Assembly: GCA_036505635.1 (NCBI GenBank) | Contig: DASXTC010000021.1 | Location: forward strand, 124,032 to 188,031 | Origin: Candidatus Polarisedimenticolia bacterium | Lineage (GTDB): Bacteria > Acidobacteriota > Polarisedimenticolia > JACPZX01 > DASXTC01 | Direction of reading: 5' to 3' | DNA length: 64,000 nt | In this document: in pieces, positions 27,734 through 36,360 of the stretch | Numbering within the stretch: the first letter of the stretch is position 1 | Layout: each line of letters begins with the position of its first letter | Program-made: the position numbers and the translations under genes | The notes under the pieces: generated by a model | Seen by the model: the letters and a program-made list of their open reading frames with translations, nothing else | The model's database searches: none | What the model was told of the DNA's origin: nothing

Positions 27734-28468
27734 ATGGCGCAATGGCTCGTCTTTTTCGCCGGAATCCTCCTGGGCGCGGCCATCGCGGCGCTCCTGGCCC
27801 GGCAGGCTCACCGCCGCGCGCGCCGCGCCGAAGTCGAACGGCTCCGCCTGCTCGCCCACGACCTGCGCACGCCCCTCTCCTCCATCACGGCCTACAGCGA
27901 GATCCTGGCGGACGAGGAGGAGAGCGACCCGGCGCAACGCGCGCGCTTCCTCGGATTCATCCACGAGGAGACGCTGCGCCTTGGCGGGATCATCGACGAG
28001 CGGATCGCCGGCGACCGGGCCGCAGCCCCGGTTGCGGCCACGGCCGGGACGCCCCGGCACGCGCCCGAGAGCCCTCCCGCCCGCGGCCGCACCATCCTCG
28101 TTGTGGACGACGACCGGTTCATCGCGGACGCGACCCGGACGCTGCTGGCAAGGGAAGGGTACGAGGCGCTGGGCGCCTACGGCGGTGACGAGGCGCTCGA
28201 GAGGGCCCGGGGCTCCCGCCCCGATGTGATCGTGATGGATCTGATGATGCCCGGCATCAGGGGGGACGAGGCGCTTCGGCGCCTCAGGACCGATCCCGCG
28301 ACCCGCGACATCCCCGTGATCATCACCACGGGCGAGGTGGGCGCCCAGGCGCTCGAGGGGGCCGCCGAAGTCCTGGCCAAACCGATCACCCGCGAGGCGT
28401 TGCTGGCCGCGATCGACCGGGCCGCATGCGCTGCGGTCACACAGGGGGACAGGAGGGACGAGTCTTGA
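27734..28468 (+). CDS. membrane-anchored HisKA (phospho-acceptor) - receiver protein lacking an HATPase_c domain
   Basis: N-terminal TM helix. H-box LRLLAHDLRTPLSSITAYSEIL. Receiver domain ILVVDDDRF...DVIVMDLMMPG...KP. At 244 aa there is no room for N/G1/G2 ATPase boxes. Confidence 0.7.
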   Translation: MAQWLVFFAGILLGAAIAALLARQAHRRARRAEVERLRLLAHDLRTPLSSITAYSEILADEEESDPAQRARFLGFIHEETLRLGGIIDERIAGDRAAAPVAATAGTPRHAPESPPARGRTILVVDDDRFIADATRTLLAREGYEALGAYGGDEALERARGSRPDVIVMDLMMPGIRGDEALRRLRTDPATRDIPVIITTGEVGAQALEGAAEVLAKPITREALLAAIDRAACAAVTQGDRRDES

Positions 28469-28833
28469 AGAAGGTCCTGGTCTGCGACGACGAGCCGCAC
28501 ATCCTGGAGGCGGTGGCCTTCGTCGCGCGCAAGGAGGGATACACGGTTCTGACCGCCGAGGACGGCGAGCAGGGCCTCCGCCTGGCGCGCGAGGAGCGTC
28601 CCGGGCTCGTGCTGCTCGACCTGAACATGCCGATCAAGTCGGGATACCAGGTCTGCGAGGAGATCAAGAGCGATCCGGGCATGAAGGGCACGTACGTGAT
28701 CATGCTCACCGCCAAGGGGCAGGAGTCGGACCGCGCGCGCGGGGTGGCCGCGGGCGCCGACGAGTACATCACGAAGCCTTTCTCCCCGCGAAAGTTGCGC
28801 CAGAGGCTGGTGGAGATCCTGGGGACGCCGTGA
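28465..28833 (+). CDS. single-domain response regulator (CheY-like receiver)
   Basis: KVLVCDDEPHILE...LVLLDLNMPIKSG...ITKPF. Start at TTG 28465, preceded by GGAGG at 28453-28457. An alternative ATG at 28426 overlaps the upstream gene. Confidence 0.7.
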   Translation: MKKVLVCDDEPHILEAVAFVARKEGYTVLTAEDGEQGLRLAREERPGLVLLDLNMPIKSGYQVCEEIKSDPGMKGTYVIMLTAKGQESDRARGVAAGADEYITKPFSPRKLRQRLVEILGTP

Positions 28834-28844
28834 GGTGACGCACC

Positions 28845-30821
28845 GTGGGCGCTGACAACGAGACCGAGCTGCGCAGGCGCCTCGACGGCGTCACGGCCGA
28901 GCTGCTCTCCACGTACGAGGAGATCGAGGCCCTCACGACGGTGGCGGAGATCGCGGCCAGCAGCACCGACGTCGCGTCGGTGGGCCGGCGGATCCTCGAG
29001 GAGGCGGCCGGCCTCCTTCAGGCCGACGTCGCCTTCGTCATCTACACCGACCGGGAGCTCAAGGGCGAGGAGCCCGCCCCCGCCGGTGTCACGAACGGGG
29101 AGCGCGACGCGATCGCGGCCGCGCTGGCGAGGTGGCTGTCGGAGCAGCCCCGGCCCATCCTGATGGCCCCCTTCAGCGAAGGGGCCGGGATCCCCCACGC
29201 CCCCGACGCGCTGCTGGCCGTGCCGCTGCGGTGCGAGGGGCTGGTGCTGGGAGCCATGTGCCTGGGCCGGCGCGGCGAGGGGGCGACCTTCACGGCCGGC
29301 GATCTGAAGATCCTCTCGGTGCTCGGTTCGAGCGCGGCCTCCGTGCTCCTCCAGCGCAAGAACCTCGACCTGGTCAGATTGTCGCGCGGTCTGGAGGAGC
29401 GCAACCAGCTCCTCAAGGGGATCCTCGCCATCAGCCGCGAGATCGCCTCCACGCTGGATCTCGACCGGCTCCTGCACGCGCTGTCGAACCTCCCCACCCG
29501 CGCGCTGGGGTTCGACCGGTGCGCGGTCCTCCTGGACGAAGGCGGCAGCCGGCGGCTGCGCGCCGTGTCGGGAGCCGCGCACGTGGATCGAGGAGACACC
29601 GAGATGAAGTCGCTCGAGCGCGCGCTCGACTGGGTGGCCGGCCGGGGTACGCAGGTGACCGCGCAGGAGCGGGCGAGCGAGGGGGGGACGACCCTCGTGG
29701 CCGATCCTCCCGAGGCTGCCGCCCAGCTCGCCGCGCACATGAAGATGGCCGGGGCGCGGTCGTTCCTGGCCATCCCGATGTCCGATGACCAGGGGCTCCT
29801 GGGCGTTCTGTCGCTGGAGAGCGGCGCGGAGGGGTTCCTGGATGAGCGGCGACTGGAAGGAGCCACGATCCTTGCCAACCAGGCCACCGTCGCGCTGCGC
29901 AACGCGCAGCTTTACGGGGAGATGCCTCTCATCCGGCTGCTCGGGCCGTTGCGCGGCGGGCTGGCGAAGGTGCGGACACTTCCCCGAAGGAAGCTCGCGG
30001 CCTGGGGAGCCGCGGCCCTCGTGCTGATGGCGATCCTGATCTTCGGGCGCTGGAACCTGAAGGTTCCGGGCAACGTGACCATCCTGCCGTCCCGCATCGT
30101 GCTGGTGAGCGCCCGCGTGCGCGGCGTGATCCTCGAGGTGGGCCCCTATCACGAGGGGGATCGGGTCCCGAAGGGCGCGGTGCTCGCGCGGCTCGAGGTG
30201 CCCGACCTGAGGATGCGTCTCAACGAGGCGACCTCACAGGAGGAGAGCGCGCTGCGGGGCATGACCCGGCTGCAGGCCGAAGGACGGGCGGCGGATCTCG
30301 CCGTGGCGCGCATCGAGCTGGAGCGGTGGCGCAACGAGCGCGCGTTGCTGGCGGAGCGGATCGAGGAGGCGTCGATGCGCGCCCCCGTGGATGGGCTCCT
30401 CCTGACGCCGCGGCTGGAGGAGCGCGCGGGTGAGCTGCTGGAAGTGGGGGGGGTCTTCTGCACGCTGGCCGGCCTCGACCGCCTGCGCGTGGAGATCGCC
30501 GTCAAGGAGGTCGATGCCGACATCCTGGTGAAGCGCGGGCCCGATGGGCGGGAGCCGGCCGCGGCGGCCGCGCTCAAGTTCAGCGCCTTCCCCGCCGTCG
30601 ATTACCGGGCCCGGATCGTGAAGGTGCGCGCGGCGGCCGAGGTGATCGAGGGGGCGCGCTCGCTCGTGGCCGAGGGGGAGATCGAGGAGGGCCCGGAGGG
30701 AACCGGTGGCCTCAAGCCGGGGATGACCGGCTTCGCGCGGATCGACGCGGGCCCCAGGGCGCTCATCTCGATCATCCTGCGCAAACCGTACCGTTTCGTG
30801 AGGAGCATGATCTGGCTATGA
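28845..30821 (+). CDS. GAF-GAF-TM-HlyD-family membrane fusion protein
   Basis: Two N-terminal GAF-like regulatory domains. One TM helix (AAWGAAALVLMAILIFG). The C-terminal half has HlyD/biotin-lipoyl-like adaptor features (VTILPSRIVLVSARVRGVILEV..., coiled coil, RAPVDGLL, GMTGFARI). Confidence 0.7.
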   Translation: MGADNETELRRRLDGVTAELLSTYEEIEALTTVAEIAASSTDVASVGRRILEEAAGLLQADVAFVIYTDRELKGEEPAPAGVTNGERDAIAAALARWLSEQPRPILMAPFSEGAGIPHAPDALLAVPLRCEGLVLGAMCLGRRGEGATFTAGDLKILSVLGSSAASVLLQRKNLDLVRLSRGLEERNQLLKGILAISREIASTLDLDRLLHALSNLPTRALGFDRCAVLLDEGGSRRLRAVSGAAHVDRGDTEMKSLERALDWVAGRGTQVTAQERASEGGTTLVADPPEAAAQLAAHMKMAGARSFLAIPMSDDQGLLGVLSLESGAEGFLDERRLEGATILANQATVALRNAQLYGEMPLIRLLGPLRGGLAKVRTLPRRKLAAWGAAALVLMAILIFGRWNLKVPGNVTILPSRIVLVSARVRGVILEVGPYHEGDRVPKGAVLARLEVPDLRMRLNEATSQEESALRGMTRLQAEGRAADLAVARIELERWRNERALLAERIEEASMRAPVDGLLLTPRLEERAGELLEVGGVFCTLAGLDRLRVEIAVKEVDADILVKRGPDGREPAAAAALKFSAFPAVDYRARIVKVRAAAEVIEGARSLVAEGEIEEGPEGTGGLKPGMTGFARIDAGPRALISIILRKPYRFVRSMIWL

Positions 30822-31957
30822 GGAAAGGGTGCGCTCTGCTCGTCTGGGGGATGGCGCTCGCTGCGGCGGGGGCCGGCGGCTGCGACCGCTCGCGTCAGGC
30901 CGAGGCGGCGGCCGCCTCGACCCCGGGCGGGCCGGCGCCGGTGGAGGCGACCCCCACGCTCCCCTCCGCGCCCGCTCCCCGGACCATCGCTGCGGTGGGG
31001 GGCCGGCCGATCCCCCGCACGCTCCTGCTCGACAGCCACCTGCTGGTGGAAAGAGACGTGGCGGTGACCGCGCGGCGCGACGGCTTCGTCGAGACGATCC
31101 ACGTGGACCGCGGCCAGCTCGTCACGGAGGACGACCCACTGGCAACTCTCGAGCACGGCGATCTCCTCGTCAGCGAGAAGGAGGCGATGCTGGAGCTGGA
31201 GAAAGAGCAGGCCTCCTTCGAGCGCGCGGCGAGGCTTCACGAACAGGAGATCATCCCGAGAGAGGAGTTCGAGCAGGCGCGTCTGCGGCGCGACGCCGCG
31301 CAGAAGGCGCTGGAGCGGATCCGCTACGAGATCGGCAAGTGCGTCATCAGGGCGCCATTCGACGGCGTGGTCTCGGGACGCTTCGTCGAGAAGGGCCAGG
31401 TCATCAAGGAGGACGACGGAAGGCCGTTGTTTCAGGTGACGGCGCTCAGGCCGTTGCTGGCGCGCGTCTATCTTCCGGAGTGGGCGCTGTTCGGGGTCCG
31501 CGAGGGGCACCGCGTCGGCCTCGCGCCGGCCGCCTTCTTTCCGGCCGGCGGGGATCCCGACGGAGGCGGCATCGAGGCGAAGGTGCGCTGGATCAACCAT
31601 GTCCTGGACGCGGCCTCCGGGTCGGCCGAGATGCTCGTGGAGATCACCGGCGGGCCCGGCGCGGCCCGCCTGCGCCCCGGCATGTCGGTCCAGGTGCGCA
31701 TCGATCTGTCCTATGGGGCGGGAGCCGCCGGCGGTGGAGACATCGTGAGCCTGCCGCGCGAGGCGGTCGGCCCGTCTGAGCCCTCCCCGGGCCAGCGGAT
31801 CGAGCTTCAGGTCCTGACCAAGGGGGGCGCCATCGAGGCGCGCTCGGTCGTGCTGGGCTTCGTCGGGGACGAGCGTGTCGAGGTGCGACGCGGTCTGTCG
31901 GCGGGCGAGAAGGTCGTCCTCGGACCGGCGGCGCCTCCCCCTGCCGCCGTCCCATGA
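30818..31957 (+). CDS. HlyD/RND-adaptor-family periplasmic lipoprotein
   Basis: Lipobox AAGAGGC. Coiled-coil hairpin and beta-barrel adaptor segments (IRAPFDGVVSGR, RPGMSVQVRI). ATGA overlap with the upstream gene. Confidence 0.75.
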   Translation: MRKGCALLVWGMALAAAGAGGCDRSRQAEAAAASTPGGPAPVEATPTLPSAPAPRTIAAVGGRPIPRTLLLDSHLLVERDVAVTARRDGFVETIHVDRGQLVTEDDPLATLEHGDLLVSEKEAMLELEKEQASFERAARLHEQEIIPREEFEQARLRRDAAQKALERIRYEIGKCVIRAPFDGVVSGRFVEKGQVIKEDDGRPLFQVTALRPLLARVYLPEWALFGVREGHRVGLAPAAFFPAGGDPDGGGIEAKVRWINHVLDAASGSAEMLVEITGGPGAARLRPGMSVQVRIDLSYGAGAAGGGDIVSLPREAVGPSEPSPGQRIELQVLTKGGAIEARSVVLGFVGDERVEVRRGLSAGEKVVLGPAAPPPAAVP

Positions 31958-34149
31958 GCGCAACTCCTCGCCTGGCGCGGGGGGTCACGATCACCCGGCG
32001 GCAGGTCGGCGAGGATGAGGTCTACTATCTCGTCCGCGAGCCCCGCGGCGGCTCGTTCCTCCGCATGGGGGAGATCGAAGCCACGGTCCTGCGGCTGCTC
32101 GACGGCTCCCGGACCATCGAGGAGGTCTCCCGGGCGCTGGATCTGTCCCACGAGACGAACGTCGAGGCGCAGGTCATCGAGGAGTTCATCGGCTCGATGA
32201 CCCGCAAGGGGCTCGTGGAGAAACGCGGCTTCGATCCTGCGGCGTTCCGGCAGGAATGGCTCCAGCAGGCGCGGTCGCGGCGCAGGAGCCTCGGACAGCT
32301 CCTGGGCACCCTGGCCACGTTCAAGCTCCACCTCATCAATCCGCTGGGACTCTTCTCCCGTATCGTCGGCCCGCTGAGCTTCATCTGGTCTCCCGCGTTC
32401 GTCGTCGCGTCGCTCGCGCTGATGGCGGTGGCCGGGGTGATGGGGTTCGTCTATAGCGCCGAGGTGCTCGCATCGTCGCGAGTCTTCTGGGCCGGCATGA
32501 CCTCCTCGGCGGCCGCGTTCGCCTCCAACGCGCTCCTCTTCTACGTGATCTTCTTCGTGGTGATCGCGCTGCACGAGCTGTCCCACGGGCTGACGTGCGC
32601 CCATTTCGGCGGCAAGATCACCGACATGGGATTCATCCTCTTCTACCTGCAGGTGCCGGGCGTGTACTGCGACATCACCGATGCCTACTCGTTCGAGAAG
32701 CGCAGCCAGCGCCTCTGGACCACGGTGGCCGGCTGTTACTCGGGCCTCGTGCTGGCCTCCTTCGGGATGATCCTGTGGTGGGCGACCGAGCCGGGCGACC
32801 TGCTCAACAAGGCGGCCATCGTGCTGATGCTCGTGGGGGGGCCGCCGGTCGTGATGTTCAACTGGAACCCGCTGCTCAAGCTCGACGGCTACTACATTTT
32901 GATGGATCTGCTCGAAGCGCCGAACCTGATGGACAACTCGAGAAAGCACCTCGGGTACCTCTTCAAGTCGAGGGTGCTGCGGGTCCCGGTGGAGCCGGTG
33001 AGCGTCCCACCGCGTCTCCGGACGGCGTACGTGGTTTATGGGATCGCCAGCATCGCCTTCATCGCGCCATTCACGATCTACATGCCGGTGATCGTCTACT
33101 ACATCTTCTCCCGCCTGGTGGGGGAGGCGCTGGCGCTGCCGATCGCCGCGGTGATGGCGTACAGGATGGTGATGGTCTACGCCAGGAAGCTCTTCGAGAC
33201 GCTCAAGTACACATGGCTGTCGCACCGGCCCGCTCAGGCGGGAGGCGAGACAGGCCGGCTCCGTCCGGGGATGATGGGGGCCGGGGCCGCGGCGGGGCTC
33301 GCGCTCCTGGCGTTCGGGCCGCGGTTCGCGGTGAGAGCCGAGGGGACCGGCACGCTCGAGCCGCTCGAGAGGATCGAGGTGCGTGCCGCCTGGCCGGGAT
33401 TCGTCGCCGAGTCGGGAGGCTCCGGCGCGATGCCGGCGGAGGGAGCGCTGGTGCGGGCGGGGGATCCCCTGGTGCGCCTCGAGAACCTCGAGGTGGATGC
33501 CGGACGCCGCTCGGTCGATCTGGAGCTGGCGGCGCTGCGCGCGGACCTCTCCCGTCTGGAAGCGCGACGCGAGCCGGCACAGGCCATGATGAGACGCTCG
33601 GAGGAGCGGGCGCTTCAGGGGGACGCGCTCGTGCTGGCGAGGCGCGTGGAGGAGCTCACGCTGCGGGCGCCGATTGCCGGCGTGGTCCTCACGCCACGTC
33701 TTCAGGATAAGCTCGGGGCCTATCTCGGGTCGGGAGAGACCTGGTGCGTCATCGGGAGGATCGATCGTCTGCGCGTGCGCGTTCCGCTCAGCGAGAAGGA
33801 CCTGGGCCTCATCGACGAGACGAGCGAGGCCGGCGTCAAAGGGCCGCACCTGCCCGGAGAGATCTTCCGGGGACGCGTGACGCGAATGCCGGCGGGCAGA
33901 AGGCCCGCCCGGCCGGGGCTGCAGGGCCACCAGCCCCAGCCCGTGACCGCCGCCATGACGGCAACGCCCGGTGAGGGGGTCTCGCCGGTCTCCGGCTCGC
34001 TCCAGGTCGAGGTCGAGGTGGACAACGCGTCGGGGCTCCTGCGCCCCGGGATGACGGCCCAGGTCCGCATCTACGGCGAGCGCATGAGCCTCGCCGCCCA
34101 CGCCCTGCGCTGGGCGCACCGCCTTTTCAAGGGGAAGGTGTGGTGGTGA
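31954..34149 (+). CDS. three-domain fusion: PqqD/RRE-like N-domain - site-2-protease (peptidase M50) membrane domain - HlyD-like adaptor domain
   Basis: Residues 1-100 resemble a PqqD-type peptide-binding domain (EDEVYYLVREPRGGSFLRMGEIEATVLRLLDGSRTIEEV). HExxH is present as HELSHG inside a TM helix, plus the S2P NPLLKLDG motif. The C-terminal 250 aa have coiled-coil and RAPIAGVVLTP ... RPGMTAQVRI adaptor motifs. Confidence 0.7.
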   Translation: MSATPRLARGVTITRRQVGEDEVYYLVREPRGGSFLRMGEIEATVLRLLDGSRTIEEVSRALDLSHETNVEAQVIEEFIGSMTRKGLVEKRGFDPAAFRQEWLQQARSRRRSLGQLLGTLATFKLHLINPLGLFSRIVGPLSFIWSPAFVVASLALMAVAGVMGFVYSAEVLASSRVFWAGMTSSAAAFASNALLFYVIFFVVIALHELSHGLTCAHFGGKITDMGFILFYLQVPGVYCDITDAYSFEKRSQRLWTTVAGCYSGLVLASFGMILWWATEPGDLLNKAAIVLMLVGGPPVVMFNWNPLLKLDGYYILMDLLEAPNLMDNSRKHLGYLFKSRVLRVPVEPVSVPPRLRTAYVVYGIASIAFIAPFTIYMPVIVYYIFSRLVGEALALPIAAVMAYRMVMVYARKLFETLKYTWLSHRPAQAGGETGRLRPGMMGAGAAAGLALLAFGPRFAVRAEGTGTLEPLERIEVRAAWPGFVAESGGSGAMPAEGALVRAGDPLVRLENLEVDAGRRSVDLELAALRADLSRLEARREPAQAMMRRSEERALQGDALVLARRVEELTLRAPIAGVVLTPRLQDKLGAYLGSGETWCVIGRIDRLRVRVPLSEKDLGLIDETSEAGVKGPHLPGEIFRGRVTRMPAGRRPARPGLQGHQPQPVTAAMTATPGEGVSPVSGSLQVEVEVDNASGLLRPGMTAQVRIYGERMSLAAHALRWAHRLFKGKVWW

Positions 34150-35023
34150 GACGGCTCAGGTCGAGGCGGCCGCCGGCGGTGGGAGGGCACCAGTAGTAGC
34201 CCCCCGAGATCGGACGCGAGAAGCTGAACAGGGCGTCGACGATCCCGTCCTCCAGGCCAAGCATCCGCCGCAGCACGCGCTCGAACAGGTCGAGGGAGTG
34301 CCCGTACGCGATGAACTCGAGCCCCTGCTGGCGAGCCGTAGCCCAGGGCATGGAGCGCCGGACCATGAACGCGGGCGGATCGTAGCTCTCCTGGGCTGTG
34401 CGCTTCACGTGGGCCGACGCGGGCGCCTCCTCGATCTCGGCGTTCGTGTCCATACGGCGGCCCACCACGGCGTCGCGCCGGTCGGCCGCGAACCCCCGGA
34501 ACCGGCGCAGGTCGTGTACCCAGCGTTGCACGGCCACGAAGCTCGAGCCGGTCATCCCGCCGCCGGCCGGGACCAGGGCCGCCTCCGCGGCCGCGTCCCC
34601 GCGCGGATTCTCGGTGCCGTCCTCGTAGCCCGTGAGGTCGCGCCCCCCCGCATAGGTGAACGTGTCCACCGAGTCGTCCAGGAGGAACGCTCCGTCCACC
34701 AACGTCGCGACCCGATCGGTCATCTCGAACAAATCCCCGGGATTCGCTCCGCGCAGGAAGATCCATAGCGCCTGCTGAGTGGAGGGCACGGTGGACCCGG
34801 GCCCCGAGAGCCCGGGGAAGGTGCGCAGGCCGGGCACGTCACTTCCAAGCGAACGCACGACCGGTTCTCCCAGACCGACGACTCCCTGGTCTAGAGCGAA
34901 ACCATCCCCCAGCCGGCGAAGGGCGGCGCGCGGATCGGCCTGCGCCGCGAGGCGGAAGGTCAGAGAGCGGCCGAGCGCCGGCGGAGCCGCCAGGATTCCC
35001 GGCTGGGACAGATCCGTCTTCAT
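34127..35023 (-). CDS. Dyp-type haem peroxidase (B-type, cytoplasmic)
   Basis: Start at MKTDLSQPGILAAPP. The C-terminal 3' end converges on and overlaps the 31954-34149 gene. The 5' start has an ATGA overlap with the upstream hydrolase gene. Confidence 0.75.
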   Translation of the reverse strand: MKTDLSQPGILAAPPALGRSLTFRLAAQADPRAALRRLGDGFALDQGVVGLGEPVVRSLGSDVPGLRTFPGLSGPGSTVPSTQQALWIFLRGANPGDLFEMTDRVATLVDGAFLLDDSVDTFTYAGGRDLTGYEDGTENPRGDAAAEAALVPAGGGMTGSSFVAVQRWVHDLRRFRGFAADRRDAVVGRRMDTNAEIEEAPASAHVKRTAQESYDPPAFMVRRSMPWATARQQGLEFIAYGHSLDLFERVLRRMLGLEDGIVDALFSFSRPISGGYYWCPPTAGGRLDLSRLTTTPSP

Positions 35024-35814
35024 CCGTGCTCTCCCTCCTCGAGTCGCCGGCGCAGGACGGAATAGAAGTCGTCGCGAACGCCCCTCTCCAGCCACGGGTA
35101 GTGCCCGCAGCGCTCCCACTCATGGTACTCCAGCGCCGGCAGGTGAGGCGCGAGGCTCGCCCGGATGAGCCGCCCCGGGTGCGGATCGAGCGCGCCGTGA
35201 AGCATGATCACGGGCGCATCGATCGCCGCGAAGGCAGCCGGGTAGACCCCCGCGGCCTGGAGCCGGAGCATGTCGGCCCAGGTCTCCTGGTACGCCCGCG
35301 CGTCGCATCCCTCCACCCCCAGCCCGCCGGCCTCGGGATCGCATGAGTAGAGCGGCAGCAGCAGGTCGCCCATGACCCCGAGACGCTCGTCCGGATCGGG
35401 AAACTCCACGGAGAGCCGTTCCAGTCGCCGCCGGAGAGGCCCGTCCATGCGCTCCTCCCTCACCGCCCGCAACCGATCGCGGGCCGCCCTGTCGAAGGTG
35501 CCGCACCCGATGAGGACGATTGAGGTGGCGAAGCCGGGGTGCGCCGCGGCGTAGGCGAGCGCCAGCATGGCTCCCCAGGAGTGGCCGACGAGGGCCGGCC
35601 GCGCGTCCGGGCGCCGGCGCACGAGCTCGTGGAGGTCCTCGACGTGCCGGGCCACGGTGAGTGGCTCGCCGGAGCTGCCGCGCTGGAACGGTTCGAGGAT
35701 CCGGAACGAATCGGCGAGCTCGCGCGCCACCGGCGCCAGGTATCCCGGCGCTCCCGGGCCGCCGTGCAGGAGGACCACGAGCGGCCCCGATGTCCCGTGC
35801 CCGCGAACTCTCAT
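35020..35814 (-). CDS. alpha/beta hydrolase (proline-iminopeptidase-like)
   Basis: VVLLHGGPGA and nucleophile elbow GHSWGA. Confidence 0.75.
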   Translation of the reverse strand: MRVRGHGTSGPLVVLLHGGPGAPGYLAPVARELADSFRILEPFQRGSSGEPLTVARHVEDLHELVRRRPDARPALVGHSWGAMLALAYAAAHPGFATSIVLIGCGTFDRAARDRLRAVREERMDGPLRRRLERLSVEFPDPDERLGVMGDLLLPLYSCDPEAGGLGVEGCDARAYQETWADMLRLQAAGVYPAAFAAIDAPVIMLHGALDPHPGRLIRASLAPHLPALEYHEWERCGHYPWLERGVRDDFYSVLRRRLEEGEHG

Positions 35815-35865
35815 GGATGCCGGCGACGAAGGGCCAGCCGCTTCACGCCGGAGGGAGCGAGCCCC

Positions 35866-36360
35866 TCACCTCTCCCCCTCCCAGTAGTCCACGCCATCCT
35901 TCAGATGCGTGAAGTGGCGGACCGAGTCGGCGGACGGCGGGCGTCCCCCATGCGCCCCGGCGATCACCCCGAGCTTTCCGGAGTCCGGGTATTCCACGAC
36001 CTCCGGCAGCTCCATCGTGCTCACGGCCAGGTATCGAAGGGGCGCCTTGGAGTCGTTGATGATCTGGTGGGCGGATTCGCGTCCCGGCGGCAGGGAGATG
36101 AAGTCTCCCTTGCGCACCGCGCGGGTCGTCCCACCCACCCTCAGGGAACCTTCGCCCTCGAGGATGAAGAACATCTCCTCGTTGCCCCGGTGCGCGTGGT
36201 AGGGGAAGGCCCGCTTGCCCGGGGGCACGACCGTGACGTTGAACCCGAGCATCTTCGAGTCGAGCTGCGCTCCCACCCGCGCTATCTCGCACTCGAAGCT
36301 CTCGCCGTGGGATCGCTTCTCGAACGGCACGTCCTCGATGTTCAATACCTGCGACTTCAT
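35866..36360 (-). CDS. cupin-domain protein
   Basis: Two-His cupin motif 1 (YHAHRGNEEMFFILEG) and motif 2 (GDFISLPPGRESAHQI). Start at MKSQVLNIEDV. Confidence 0.75.
   Translation of the reverse strand: MKSQVLNIEDVPFEKRSHGESFECEIARVGAQLDSKMLGFNVTVVPPGKRAFPYHAHRGNEEMFFILEGEGSLRVGGTTRAVRKGDFISLPPGRESAHQIINDSKAPLRYLAVSTMELPEVVEYPDSGKLGVIAGAHGGRPPSADSVRHFTHLKDGVDYWEGER

Noticed and set aside
28437-30152. 571-aa minus ORF antisense to the receiver and GAF-HlyD genes
   Set aside because: No motifs. His/Arg/Gly-rich. The sense-strand genes have clear domain signatures.
30602-34119. Minus-strand ORFs of 453 and 770 aa antisense to the adaptor and M50-HlyD genes
   Set aside because: Compositionally biased with no TM pattern. 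The sense genes carry HExxH/LDG and adaptor motifs.
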